DNA of 64,000 nucleotides, from contig JBGCVQ010000051.1 in assembly GCA_045888315.1 (NCBI GenBank), positions 13,038 to 77,037 on the forward strand. The letters run 5' to 3'. This document shows, piece by piece, positions 55,110-64,000 of this stretch. This DNA is from Anaerolineales bacterium (GTDB lineage Bacteria; Chloroflexota; Anaerolineae; Anaerolineales; UBA11858). Within the stretch, counting starts at the first letter, position 1. Each line of letters opens with the position of its first letter. The position numbers and the translations under genes are program-made. The notes beneath the pieces were generated by a model. It was not told where the DNA came from, searched no databases, and worked only from the letters and a program-made list of their open reading frames with translations.

Positions 55110-58013
55110 TCAGCTGGTGGGATAAGCGGTTTGGTTGCGGCCGGCTTGTTTCGCCCGATACATATGCTGATCTGCTGCGTTGACAAGCTCAGACAGGGAT
55201 TCTATTTCACCGCTCAGTTCAACAACCCCCAGGCTGATGGTGATGTTCACAACGTGAGAATTGGTTTGGAACTCCTGCCCAGCGACCTTTTTACGGATGC
55301 GTTCGGCGACGTGGAAAGCGATGGGTAGGGGGGTTTCGGGAAGAATGATAAAGAATTCCTCTCCACCCACGCGAGAGAAGATGTCGATCTTGCGGATCAC
55401 AGCCTGGCAGCAGCTGACCACCTGCTGCAGGATGACGTCACCCGCCTCGTGACCGTAGGTATCGTTGATCTCCTTGAAATGGTCCAGATCGAAAAAGATC
55501 GCGGCCAGGGAGCTGTTGAACCGTTTCGCGCGGTCGATCTCGTACTGCCCCCAGCGCTCCAGACCCCGCCGGTTGAGGATCTTGGTCAGCGGGTCTGTGA
55601 TCGCTAATTCCTGGATCTCCTTGTGGAGACTGGCATGCCGCAAGGCAATGGCAGCCTGGTCTGCGAAGGCGGCCAGGATCTCCGCCTGGTCCTCGCTGTA
55701 AAAATCCCGGATGCGGCTGTTGAGAGACAGGAAGCCGATCACCTGGCTGCCATCCAGAATAGGAGCGCCAGCCCAGGAAAGCACATCCTTGGTGGTGAGC
55801 GTGACGATCCAATCTGCGCTTCGGGTGGTATCAGGTACGATCAATGGTTTGTTGGATTCTGTCATCCTCTGCAGGGTAGCAAATCGGGAGATATCGATTT
55901 TCCTGGGTTGTTCAGGCTTGATCTCGGCTGTGCCGCTTCCGCTGTAACCGATCTGGCGCACCAAGCGAGCTGTTCCGTTCTCGATCAGGATCAGATTTGC
56001 AGAATCAAAATTGATCACCGATGCCATTTGAGCCAGGATCTGGTCGAGAACGATCTCCAATTCAAGCGAGGATTGGATAGTGTGGCCGGTCTGTTGTAAC
56101 GCCTGGGCAAGCTTGCGCTGCTTCCGTTCTGCCTCGAAGGTCCTGGCGTTATTAATGGCGATTGCAGCCTGGTTGCTGAGCAGATCCAAGACCTGCAGTA
56201 ACCCTTCCTCCAACTCACCTGGTTTGATAAAGCTGACATTCATGATCCCGATCACCTGGTGGTGGAAAATCAAGGGCAGGCTGACCAGGGCACCACTTTT
56301 CCAATTCTCGGGCAGGTTCTTCTCGGATCGGATATCCGGTATCTGGATGCGCCGGCCTTCCAGGGCGGTCTTGTAAAAGACGCTCTCTTTCCTGGGAGGA
56401 AATACCGGGTCCGGTTCGATCCCTTTCCCGTAGATGACTGCCCCGAATTCTAGAGTCTCTCCATCGTAGAGGAAGATCTGAGCGTCGCGGGCTGACACCA
56501 GGGTCAGAACCTGGTTGAGAATGCTTTCCAGCACATCCTTAAGCTCCAGGTTATCCGAGAGCTGGAGATTGGCTTTTCTCAGTGAGTCCGCCAGGATGCG
56601 CTGTTCTCTTTCTGCCTGGAGGAACTGCATGCTGACGATGGCTGTTGCTGCCTGGTCTGCCAGCAGCCGCAGGATGGTCTTCTCTTCCCGAGTGAACTTG
56701 CGCGCCTTTGGATACCAGATGTTCAAGACTCCGATCACTTCCGAGGCGGCTTTGAGGGAAAGTGAGATCAGCGCCTCTTCCTGGTCTACCGAAAAGCCTT
56801 GAATGTCATCGAAAGCTGTTAGATTGCTGATGAAGTAATCCTGGTTCGACTGTGCGACCAGAAGGGAGATCTTCTCCTCTCCGGGATGGGAGTAGGGTAA
56901 GGTCTGCTGGCCATTCCTGCCCAGCGAAAGGTAGAAGACCAGCTGGTTGGTCCTGTAAAGATAGATGTTCGTATCATAAGCTGGGGTCAGTTCGTAGATC
57001 TGGGACAGGACACTGTGCAAACCTGATTCCAGATGATCACTGGAAGCCAGATTCAGGCTTGTTTTCTGGAGCGAATCCAGCTCCCTTGCCCGTAGATCCA
57101 GGTCATCCTCAACGTGCTTGATATAGATCAGCGCTCCCAGTGTCTGGGCGATACCCTGAAAGGTAGTGAGTTCTGTGGAATCCCACTGGTGCTTGTCCGC
57201 CAGCGATTCAAATCCCACGAAGCCCCACAGCGCTCGATCCGCAAAGACCGGGAAGAAAGCGAACAACCCTCTTTCTTGGAGGTAGAAGTATTCTCTGACT
57301 TGATCGTCCAGTTCTTCCAAGGTTTTTGTGACAGGGATGTCCTTCCGGGCAGAATCGATCCATACAGTCAGGACAGAAGGTATCTGGGTGACGTCATCCT
57401 CTGGATAGCTGGTCTGGAACTCCGTCCAATAGTGGTAGCTCCTGCTGGAGCAGTGATTGACTCCTTCGGCTGTCAGCTGGAGCAGGAACAAGTGATCGAT
57501 ATCTGCTCCAGCGGCCACTTTCTTGAGCAGGTCGGGGATCCGATCCATCCATTCCCGGGTGGTGGCCATATCTGTTGTCAGTCGGTTGGTGGTTTCCAGG
57601 GCTTTCGAGAGGCGGTCCAGTTTGCGGTTATTTTCCTTGAGCGCAGACAATTCAGCCTGGGATTGACGCTGCAGCTCGCGCAAATGGCCAGCGAACATCC
57701 CCGTGATCGCCAGCAAGGTGAAGCCGATCAAATGCTGGAAAAGTCTGGTCCCGATATCGGATAGCTGGTCTGCGGCCAGGATATGATTCAAGAGGTGGAG
57801 GCTTGTGCTCAGCAGGGCTGAACCGATTCCAAAGGCCATGCCCAGTGACCAGGCAGTGACCAGCACCGGAAGGGCTCCCAGAGCCAGGATAGCCCAGTCG
57901 TTCCCCTCTCCTGCGAAAAAGACCATGCCCCCCAGGTAGATCATCCAGCTCAGGAAGACCATCACCCATTCAGCGGGGTCCAGGATATGTGATAATTTCC
58001 GGTACCAATTCAT
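55110..58013 (-). CDS. Membrane-anchored multi-GAF diguanylate cyclase (GGDEF)
   Basis: N-terminal TM helices, a coiled coil and several GAF-like repeats. C-terminal GGDEF domain with an intact GGEEF active site (RVGGEEFFIIL). Confidence 0.85.
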   Translation of the reverse strand: MNWYRKLSHILDPAEWVMVFLSWMIYLGGMVFFAGEGNDWAILALGALPVLVTAWSLGMAFGIGSALLSTSLHLLNHILAADQLSDIGTRLFQHLIGFTLLAITGMFAGHLRELQRQSQAELSALKENNRKLDRLSKALETTNRLTTDMATTREWMDRIPDLLKKVAAGADIDHLFLLQLTAEGVNHCSSRSYHYWTEFQTSYPEDDVTQIPSVLTVWIDSARKDIPVTKTLEELDDQVREYFYLQERGLFAFFPVFADRALWGFVGFESLADKHQWDSTELTTFQGIAQTLGALIYIKHVEDDLDLRARELDSLQKTSLNLASSDHLESGLHSVLSQIYELTPAYDTNIYLYRTNQLVFYLSLGRNGQQTLPYSHPGEEKISLLVAQSNQDYFISNLTAFDDIQGFSVDQEEALISLSLKAASEVIGVLNIWYPKARKFTREEKTILRLLADQAATAIVSMQFLQAEREQRILADSLRKANLQLSDNLELKDVLESILNQVLTLVSARDAQIFLYDGETLEFGAVIYGKGIEPDPVFPPRKESVFYKTALEGRRIQIPDIRSEKNLPENWKSGALVSLPLIFHHQVIGIMNVSFIKPGELEEGLLQVLDLLSNQAAIAINNARTFEAERKQRKLAQALQQTGHTIQSSLELEIVLDQILAQMASVINFDSANLILIENGTARLVRQIGYSGSGTAEIKPEQPRKIDISRFATLQRMTESNKPLIVPDTTRSADWIVTLTTKDVLSWAGAPILDGSQVIGFLSLNSRIRDFYSEDQAEILAAFADQAAIALRHASLHKEIQELAITDPLTKILNRRGLERWGQYEIDRAKRFNSSLAAIFFDLDHFKEINDTYGHEAGDVILQQVVSCCQAVIRKIDIFSRVGGEEFFIILPETPLPIAFHVAERIRKKVAGQEFQTNSHVVNITISLGVVELSGEIESLSELVNAADQHMYRAKQAGRNQTAYPTS

Positions 58014-58050
58014 GGTCAGTAGTGCCCGAGCTTCAGCAGCAGCTGGTGGA

Positions 58051-59748
58051 TCAGAAACGGATAAAGAGCCAGATGAGGGAAATCGTCACCGTGATGACTA
58101 GGGCCGGTACTCCTTTTTTCAAAAAATATTTATAGGTGATCTTATAGCCAGCTCGATCTGCGATGCCGGCAGTGATCATATTTGCAGATGCCCCGATCAA
58201 GGAGCCGTTGCCGCCTAAGGCAGCTCCGATGGAGAGGCAGTAAAACAGCACCTTTGAATCCGCACCAGGGACGATGAGGGTCAGGTAGCCAATCACAGGC
58301 AGCATAGCTGCTGTGAAGGGGATATTGGCCACGATCATGGACAGCGCTGCGCTGAACCAGGTGACAACGATCATAGCCAGAACCAGGTTCTCGCCGATCA
58401 GCCGCCCGATCACGGTAGCGATCATGCTGATCAAACCTACCTCTTGGATGGCGCCGACAACGATAAACAGGGACATAAAGAACACCAGGGTGGTCCAATC
58501 AACAGCGCCGATCATCTCTTCCACATCCGGACGGATCCAGATCAGCAGAGCCGAGGCGCCGATCAGCGCTGTCACCGCGGGCAGGAGATGGACCCTTTCC
58601 CCAAAGATGAACAGCAGCAGCATCCCAGCCCCTATCCAGCCTGCCTTTCTCAAGTTGTCCGGGTTGGTTATCTTGCCCCTCTCTTCCAGTTTTTTCAGAA
58701 GTATGGGAGAGCCGGACTTCTCACCTTCTAGTTCGTCGCGGTAGGCGAACCAGCTGTAGAGGATCAAGCCAACGAAGGCTGCCAGTATCCCAGGGGTCAG
58801 ATTAACCAGGAAATCGTTAAAAGTGATCTTACCATAGGAACCGATCAGGATGTTGGTCGGGGTGCCGATAAGTGTGCTGACCCCGATCACGTTAGATGCG
58901 AATACTTCCGGGACCAACAGCACCAGCGGGGAGATGTTCAGGGTGAGTGCAATCTGGACGGTGATAGGCGTCATCAGAAGCATGGTGGTGACGTTATCTA
59001 GAAAGGCCGAGGAGACCCCGGTGATGAGCATTAAAACCGGCAGGAGGATCCACATCCTTCCCCCTGAGATTCGGTAGGCATGATATGCAAGCCAGTGAAA
59101 GATGCCGGTGTTCTCGACAACAGCGATCACCATCATCATCCCCATGATCAAGAAGATCACATTCCAGTCAATATAGGAAGTTGCCTGGGAAAAGCTGAAG
59201 ATATGCAGGTTGGGAGAGAACGGGGTTCCCAGGTAGCTGACCATCAAGAGTGCGCTGGCGCCTGTAAATGCCGCCAAGGTGTTGTGCAGGAATCCGGTTG
59301 CGATCAGGATCAGGACGGCTATGAACACGAATCCAGCGATCCAGAACGCAGCAGTAATCTCCCTTTCCAGCTTGACAAGGGGCAGGGTGATCGAGCCTCC
59401 GTTGCGGAGGATCTCGATCACACCAGAGTCGATTGCCAGGATTGTATTGGTAAAGTGGGGTCGCTTGAAATCGATCTCAAGTTCTTCGGGCAAGGGTTCA
59501 GGGAGCTCCAGGGCGTATCGTCCATCCGATAATGTCAGGCTTGTTGAAAGGACTTCCTGATCAGCTGGATCGATCAGGGATACCTGGACATCCCGGACCG
59601 GTTGGAACTGTCCATCCTCCACTTTGCCGTAGATAAAGATGGCGGCTTCATCACCCTCTGCAGCAGCTGGTGTGCTCCCTGTCATCAACAGGATCGCCCC
59701 AGAGAGGCAGAGGAGAATAATCCCGAGGATGGATTTTTGGATCTTCAC
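58051..59748 (-). CDS. ArsB/NhaD-superfamily (citrate-transporter-like) permease with an N-terminal extracytoplasmic beta-sandwich-like domain
   Basis: Signal peptide plus ~110 aa resembling a carboxypeptidase-regulatory-like fold (IYGKVEDGQFQPVRDVQVSLID..SDGRYALELP), then ~11 TM helices of the ArsB/NhaD type. Confidence 0.65.
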   Translation of the reverse strand: MKIQKSILGIILLCLSGAILLMTGSTPAAAEGDEAAIFIYGKVEDGQFQPVRDVQVSLIDPADQEVLSTSLTLSDGRYALELPEPLPEELEIDFKRPHFTNTILAIDSGVIEILRNGGSITLPLVKLEREITAAFWIAGFVFIAVLILIATGFLHNTLAAFTGASALLMVSYLGTPFSPNLHIFSFSQATSYIDWNVIFLIMGMMMVIAVVENTGIFHWLAYHAYRISGGRMWILLPVLMLITGVSSAFLDNVTTMLLMTPITVQIALTLNISPLVLLVPEVFASNVIGVSTLIGTPTNILIGSYGKITFNDFLVNLTPGILAAFVGLILYSWFAYRDELEGEKSGSPILLKKLEERGKITNPDNLRKAGWIGAGMLLLFIFGERVHLLPAVTALIGASALLIWIRPDVEEMIGAVDWTTLVFFMSLFIVVGAIQEVGLISMIATVIGRLIGENLVLAMIVVTWFSAALSMIVANIPFTAAMLPVIGYLTLIVPGADSKVLFYCLSIGAALGGNGSLIGASANMITAGIADRAGYKITYKYFLKKGVPALVITVTISLIWLFIRF

Positions 59749-59821
59749 TTATACAGGTCCTTCAAACTAAGGCAAACAGTCGGTTGCGGCTAAGTCTGTG
59801 GATCTTCTCAGCCGGTCGCGT

Positions 59822-60274
59822 TCAGTCTTCGGCAGGTGGCCCTTGGGGGGTGAAAAGCACTTCCGCACTGCAGACCTCTTGGATCCGGTCCGCAAATGCC
59901 TGCAGTCTTTCAATCGTGAGGAGATTGTTCTCGTGGTCTTCCTGGGGACGGCCCAGGATGACATAGTCAGGCTGATTTTCTTCACAATAGGCAACGATCT
60001 CATCGATCACCTTGCCGTCCCTGATGACTCCTTCCGCTTTAACACCTTCTTGCTGGGCTTGTTCCTGGGCGGTCAGGAGGATGAATTCTCCCATCTCCTC
60101 GATCTCTTTGGAGATGTGGTCGGTCTTACTGCTGCTGGTGTGAGCAAGGAAGTCCAGATTGACCACATAAAGGAAATAGATCGTCTTCTTCGAGTCTTTG
60201 GCAAGCTGGATCGATTTCAGTATGGTGGGTTGGCTGGAAGGTCCCCCCCGGATTGCACAAAGAATCCCCGGCAT
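59822..60274 (-). CDS. Universal stress protein family
   Basis: 150 aa with the pattern ILCAIRGGPSS..YFLYVV..DYVILGRP. The glycine ATP motif is not obvious. Confidence 0.55.
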   Translation of the reverse strand: MPGILCAIRGGPSSQPTILKSIQLAKDSKKTIYFLYVVNLDFLAHTSSSKTDHISKEIEEMGEFILLTAQEQAQQEGVKAEGVIRDGKVIDEIVAYCEENQPDYVILGRPQEDHENNLLTIERLQAFADRIQEVCSAEVLFTPQGPPAED

Positions 60275-60371
60275 GGCATTCTCCTCATGAAAGGAATGAT
60301 CAATAATAATGGCAGCAAAACCCGTGAGTTAATTGTACAGGATTGCGGCGTGTATCCTGGTCAACTTACGG

Positions 60372-61229
60372 TCAATTGGGTGTTGGCGTTGCTGTCAGCA
60401 ATGCGTCAGGAGCAGTGGTCGGTGTGGATGTGCCAGCTGCCGGTTCATCCAACCCTACCAGGACCAGCTGCCAGGCAAGGTCCAGCTTGCCGGCGGCAAT
60501 CTCGGGCTGGTTCGGGAGATCGCCGCTGGCTCCATTGATCAGCCCCAGCAATTCATCGACCAGCGGGTCCTGGCCAGTCGATCCCCCACTGATCTTCAGC
60601 AAGTAATCGTTGGCAGCCTTTAAAACATCCTCGGCTGATCCGTAATTATTGTGCAGCAGGAATTGATTGGCCCGCGAAAGCAGGGCCAAGACCTTCAGCA
60701 GCTCTGCTTCCCGACTGTCCAGGGAATGGTCCATCTGGGCTGTTGCCAGGGCCGAGAGGTTGAGGTTTGTAGATTCCTGCTGAGCCGAGACTGTGCTCAA
60801 TAGAGAAGGAAGCAAAGTGGAACTGTAATAGGCGTTCTGGTCAGCTGTGTCCTTGAGGGTTTCCAGGCTGTCCTGGAGAACAGTGACACTGCCCTCGATG
60901 GAAAATTGGGTGGACTGCAAATCCTGGTAGCTTTCCGATCGCACACCATCCAGAGCAGCTGACAGGTCCGCTACCTGGGTTTCCAGTATTCCCTGGGTGG
61001 CCAGCAAACCCTGGATTTCCTGCTGGTGGGCGTCGATAGGTTGGAAAACGCGCTGATCGAGGTAGGGGATCCAGCCTACGGCGGAAAAGTAGATGGCTCC
61101 TCCTATCACCGATCCGATGATCACTACCAGCAAGATCCTGAGGATCACGCCAGGCACTGTTTTTGAGGTGGGTTTCCTGGTAGTGGTGTGGGTTTCCGTG
61201 GAATTGTTATCAGCTTCCATCTTCTTCAC
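60372..61229 (-). CDS. Hypothetical membrane-anchored coiled-coil protein
   Basis: A single N-terminal TM (ILRILLVVIIGSVIGGAIYF), then Gln/Leu-rich heptad-like sequence and a Thr/Pro-rich tail. Confidence 0.55.
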   Translation of the reverse strand: MKKMEADNNSTETHTTTRKPTSKTVPGVILRILLVVIIGSVIGGAIYFSAVGWIPYLDQRVFQPIDAHQQEIQGLLATQGILETQVADLSAALDGVRSESYQDLQSTQFSIEGSVTVLQDSLETLKDTADQNAYYSSTLLPSLLSTVSAQQESTNLNLSALATAQMDHSLDSREAELLKVLALLSRANQFLLHNNYGSAEDVLKAANDYLLKISGGSTGQDPLVDELLGLINGASGDLPNQPEIAAGKLDLAWQLVLVGLDEPAAGTSTPTTAPDALLTATPTPN

Positions 61230-61263
61230 CCTTTAATCCCCTGGGCATCCCGGGATTTGCTAT

Positions 61264-61300
61264 AAAAAAAGCCGTTCCACAAGGTGAAACGGCTGTTTTT
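61264..61300 (-). terminator. Rho-independent terminator after rpmI
   Basis: Minus-strand AAAAACAGCCGTTTCACCTTGTGGAACGGCTTTTTTT. Confidence 0.8.
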
Positions 61301-61312
61301 CATAGCGATAAT

Positions 61313-61525
61313 TTATCGACCAAGATTAGGCGCTAACCGTTTGATGCGTTTCTTCAATCCGCTGGCCTCAACCTCATGCATCTTTTCCATATCATTCAAG
61401 GACCGGCTGGACTTCCGCCGTCGGAGATGTCCGTGGTAGCCTTTTGTGCGCATGATCTTCCCGCTGCCGGTTTTTCGGAAGCGCTTTGCAGTAGCCTGAT
61501 GGGTTTTGATTTTATTCTTCGCCAT
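61313..61525 (-). CDS. rpmI: 50S ribosomal protein L35
   Basis: KIKTHQATAKRFRKTGSGKIMR..HL signature. 70 aa. Confidence 0.85.
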   Translation of the reverse strand: MAKNKIKTHQATAKRFRKTGSGKIMRTKGYHGHLRRRKSSRSLNDMEKMHEVEASGLKKRIKRLAPNLGR

Positions 61526-61563
61526 AGTATCCTTTCCTTCCTCTCAGCAGGTAGTGCCCGCCA

Positions 61564-62097
61564 TTATTTCTTTGCTTTCTTCTTTGTCCCCTCTTGCGGG
61601 GCTTCAATGTTGCGGAGCAGCTTGTTGAGCTCTTTATTGGCATCCTGAAGGGATATTTCCCTGGTAGCAGACCATTCTGCGGCAATTTTCTTCTTGATCG
61701 TGGAATGAGCCCGCTGCTCGGTTGTATTCAGTTTATCCGCGACCCGCTTCCCATGCAGATCCCTCAGCAAGGTGCAGAACCCTTCCAGATCGCCGTCCGC
61801 GATCACCTGGTTGATGCGGCTCTTACGCACCGTGTGCTTGCTGTCCATTGCCTGCGCTGGAGACTCCAGGATGGCCAGGGATTTCTGCAGGTCTTTCTCG
61901 CTTACTACCCGGCGGATCCGGTCAGGATCCAGATCGTCCGTGGGAATCCAATAAGTCCCGTTGCGCGTTGTGACCTTGTAGTATTCTCTGCTCTCACCGC
62001 CCAGGGACTTCTTCTCTTTCCCTTCCACCTGGCCAACGCCATGGTGGAGATGGGATATCCAATCTCCTTTCCTGAACGATTTTATTTCCTCTGACAT
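61564..62097 (-). CDS. carD: CarD/CdnL-family RNA polymerase-binding regulator
   Basis: FRKGDWISHLHHGVGQVEG...YYKV (CarD_TRCF Tudor-like N-terminal domain). Confidence 0.8.
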   Translation of the reverse strand: MSEEIKSFRKGDWISHLHHGVGQVEGKEKKSLGGESREYYKVTTRNGTYWIPTDDLDPDRIRRVVSEKDLQKSLAILESPAQAMDSKHTVRKSRINQVIADGDLEGFCTLLRDLHGKRVADKLNTTEQRAHSTIKKKIAAEWSATREISLQDANKELNKLLRNIEAPQEGTKKKAKK

Positions 62098-62162
62098 GAT
62101 CTACTCCAATTGATCCACATCTGCTGGAGCAATCATTCAGCCAGCTATTGTATCACAGCTGG

Positions 62163-63398
62163 TCATGAATTCTTGGTTTTTTCAAGATAGTCTCTTAATA
62201 TCCGTTGAATGCGAGGCTGCCTGAGCCTGCGCAGCGCCTGGGCTTCGATCTGGCGCACTCGTTCTCTGGATACGCCGACTTTCTCTCCAACTTCCTGGAG
62301 GGTGTGAGATTTGCCGTCCGGCACTCCGTATCGCAAGCGCAAGATGCGAACCTCGCGGGAAGGCAGGGCCTCCATGACTTCCTCCAGATGCTCTTTGAGC
62401 AGATGTTTGGTCGCGGTTTCGTCCGGCAGAGGGGTTTCCAGGTCCTCAACAAAGTCGCCCAGCACAGCGTCTCCTTCCTTGGTGGTAGGCATTTCCAGGG
62501 AAAGGGGCCGGCGGGCAACCTTCATCATATACTGGACTTTCTCGGGAGCCTCATCGAGGGCCTCTGCCAGTTCCTCGATGGTTGGGTCGCGCTCCAGGGA
62601 TTGTTTGAGGTCGTTCTGCATCCGGAACATTTTCGAGATCTTATCGCCCATATGGACCGGCACGCGGATGGTCCGCCCTTGGTCGGCGATCGCCCGGGTG
62701 ACAGCCTGGCGGATCCACCAGGTCGCATAAGTGGAAAATTTATAGCCCCGCAGGTAATCGAACTTCTTGGCAGCTCGCATCAAGCCGATATTGCCTTCCT
62801 GGATCAAGTCCAGGAAGGGGACACCGCGGCCCATATATTTCTTGGCAACGCTGATCACCAACCGGGAGTTGGCGGTGATCAAATGGTCCAGGGCGGTCCA
62901 TTCATCCTCGATCATCTGGTGCAGCTCTTCGCGGCGTTCCTCGGGAACATTCCCCCGCGCTAATTCCTTGCGGGCCAATCGTCCACGCTCGATACGCTTG
63001 GATAGTTCCTTCTCCTCATCTTTAGAGAGCAGGGGTATGCTGGCTGCCTCTTTGAAATAGAGCTCGATCAAGTCGTTGGTGTCGATACTGGTGAGCTGAT
63101 TTTCAAGGTCATCCTCCAGCTCATCCTCATCTTCCATCTTCCCGTTGCCGCTATCTTCGCTGTAGATCGCCTCCATCTCCTCTTCCTCGTCCTCCTCCAG
63201 GTAGGGGATATCCTCCTCTAAGAGGGACGCGAAAGCTTTTTCAAGGCTTGAAACGTCTTTCTTGGCATCCGGGAAGTAATTCAGGATGTTTGAGAAGGTA
63301 ACATAACCTTGGGAGTGTCCCAGTTCTATCAGTTCGTTGATCGGATTTAACAGGCTTTTCTTGTCAGTTTTAGATGAGTTTGGTGTGGTTTTGCCCAT
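62163..63398 (-). CDS. rpoD: Primary-type RNA polymerase sigma-70 factor
   Basis: Acidic region 1, region 2 (DLIQEGNIGLMRAAKKFD, YATWWIRQAVTRAI) and region 4.2 (TLQEVGEKVGVSRERVRQIE). Confidence 0.9.
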   Translation of the reverse strand: MGKTTPNSSKTDKKSLLNPINELIELGHSQGYVTFSNILNYFPDAKKDVSSLEKAFASLLEEDIPYLEEDEEEEMEAIYSEDSGNGKMEDEDELEDDLENQLTSIDTNDLIELYFKEAASIPLLSKDEEKELSKRIERGRLARKELARGNVPEERREELHQMIEDEWTALDHLITANSRLVISVAKKYMGRGVPFLDLIQEGNIGLMRAAKKFDYLRGYKFSTYATWWIRQAVTRAIADQGRTIRVPVHMGDKISKMFRMQNDLKQSLERDPTIEELAEALDEAPEKVQYMMKVARRPLSLEMPTTKEGDAVLGDFVEDLETPLPDETATKHLLKEHLEEVMEALPSREVRILRLRYGVPDGKSHTLQEVGEKVGVSRERVRQIEAQALRRLRQPRIQRILRDYLEKTKNS

Positions 63399-63530
63399 AG
63401 ATTTTATTTGAAACGGTTCATAGTTGATAAATGTTTAGAGGGCAGTTCGCGGTAATGCAGCCACAATGCCAGGAGTGGATGGGTACCGTATCAACCACTC
63501 CCAGAGTTACATACCTGGTTTCACCCAGGT

Positions 63531-63794
63531 TCAATCACTTTTGTCTTCCTCAGGTGAGCTTTCAGGCTGTCCTTTTTTATGACGGTAAACGATCCGGCCC
63601 CGGGTCAGGTCATAAGTTGACATCTCAACAGTGACTCGATCCCCAAGCAGGACACGGATATAGTATTTGCGCATTTTTCCTGCAAGATAGGCGAGAATCT
63701 CGTGTCCATTATCCAGTTCCACCATGAACTGTGTCCCTGGAAGCGCTTTGACGATCGTCCCTTCCATTCTCAATTTGTCATCGTTTTTTGCCAT
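63531..63794 (-). CDS. infA: Translation initiation factor IF-1 (with ~15-aa acidic C-terminal tail)
   Basis: [71 protein letters not shown]. The upstream part of track ORF 63531-63998 has no IF-1 counterpart. Confidence 0.9.
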   Translation of the reverse strand: MAKNDDKLRMEGTIVKALPGTQFMVELDNGHEILAYLAGKMRKYYIRVLLGDRVTVEMSTYDLTRGRIVYRHKKGQPESSPEEDKSD

Positions 63795-63880
63795 GCAACC
63801 TCTTGTTTTGCCTGTGACAGATGAGGGCTGGAGGGATGTCCTGCTGGATCTCCCTCCGGAGCCCGGATCGTTTTCTGTCT

Positions 63881-64000
63881 CTAGTACGCCTGAATGCCTT
63901 GTTTCTTCTGACGTCTCTTGTTTGCCATGCGCCTCTTGCGCCGGCGAATCGCTTTCTTGCGTTGAATGCGACTGAGCTCGCTCTTGGAAACGAACCATCT
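63881..64000 (-). CDS. 3' fragment of a Lys/Arg-rich protein, possibly ribosomal protein S21 (cut by window edge)
   Basis: Hand translation gives [39 protein letters not shown]. It resembles the REFYEKPS..RKKK.. C-terminus of S21. Only 39 aa are visible. Confidence 0.3.
   Translation of the reverse strand, partial: RWFVSKSELSRIQRKKAIRRRKRRMANKRRQKKQGIQAY

Noticed and set aside
63795-63998. N-terminal 68-aa extension of the infA ORF given in the track (155 aa in total).
   Set aside because: IF-1 homology begins exactly at MAKNDDKL (ATG 63794). The upstream part is Ser/Glu/Thr-rich with no counterpart, and it overlaps the end of a better-looking basic ORF in another frame.

Overview
The window is 64 kb of mid-50s %GC, densely coding bacterial chromosome. 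Gene content suggests a Chloroflexota/Anaerolineae-like anaerobe, but that is inference only. I recognised no rRNA, tRNA, CRISPR array, IS element, integrase or prophage. Most of it is housekeeping: tkt-rpiB-tal, yebC-ruvC-ruvA, atpAGDC, mreB, rex, obg-nadD, smpB, rpoD, carD, rpmI and infA.

Three things stand out:
1. An 11-gene minus-strand redox supercluster (6894-17998). hdrCBA-mvhDGA plus a maturation protease sits directly upstream of an unusual Rieske/cytochrome b operon. That operon's cytochrome b carries an N-terminal single-CxxCH extension. Its fourth, translationally coupled gene is a NarI-like/HdrD-like (DsrMK-type) membrane Fe-S protein, and there is no c1/f-type cytochrome.
2. A HesB/IscA-like gene (23339-23695, minus) that the ORF track splits. 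It contains an in-frame TGA exactly where IscA proteins have their first cluster-ligand Cys, so it is a probable selenocysteine protein.
3. An AT-rich divergent control region (about 18000-18346) with a Rex-box-like palindrome upstream of the hdr/mvh operon. A rex gene lies in the same window.

Smaller oddities:
- An insertion of about 50 aa in AtpA.
- An atpAGDC block detached from atpBEFH.
- A membrane-protein gene wedged into the ruv operon.
- A stand-alone HAL-family lyase with Ser-Ser-Gly in place of Ala-Ser-Gly.
- A HIT hydrolase tightly coupled to a YhhQ-type queuosine-precursor transporter.
- ADP-forming acetyl-CoA synthetase next to a catalytic-domain-less Pta-N/DRTGG protein.
- A TetR / deazaflavin-reductase / ABC-2 / HlyD efflux cluster with a clear palindromic operator.

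All calls come from reading the supplied translations and sequence by eye. No database search was run.
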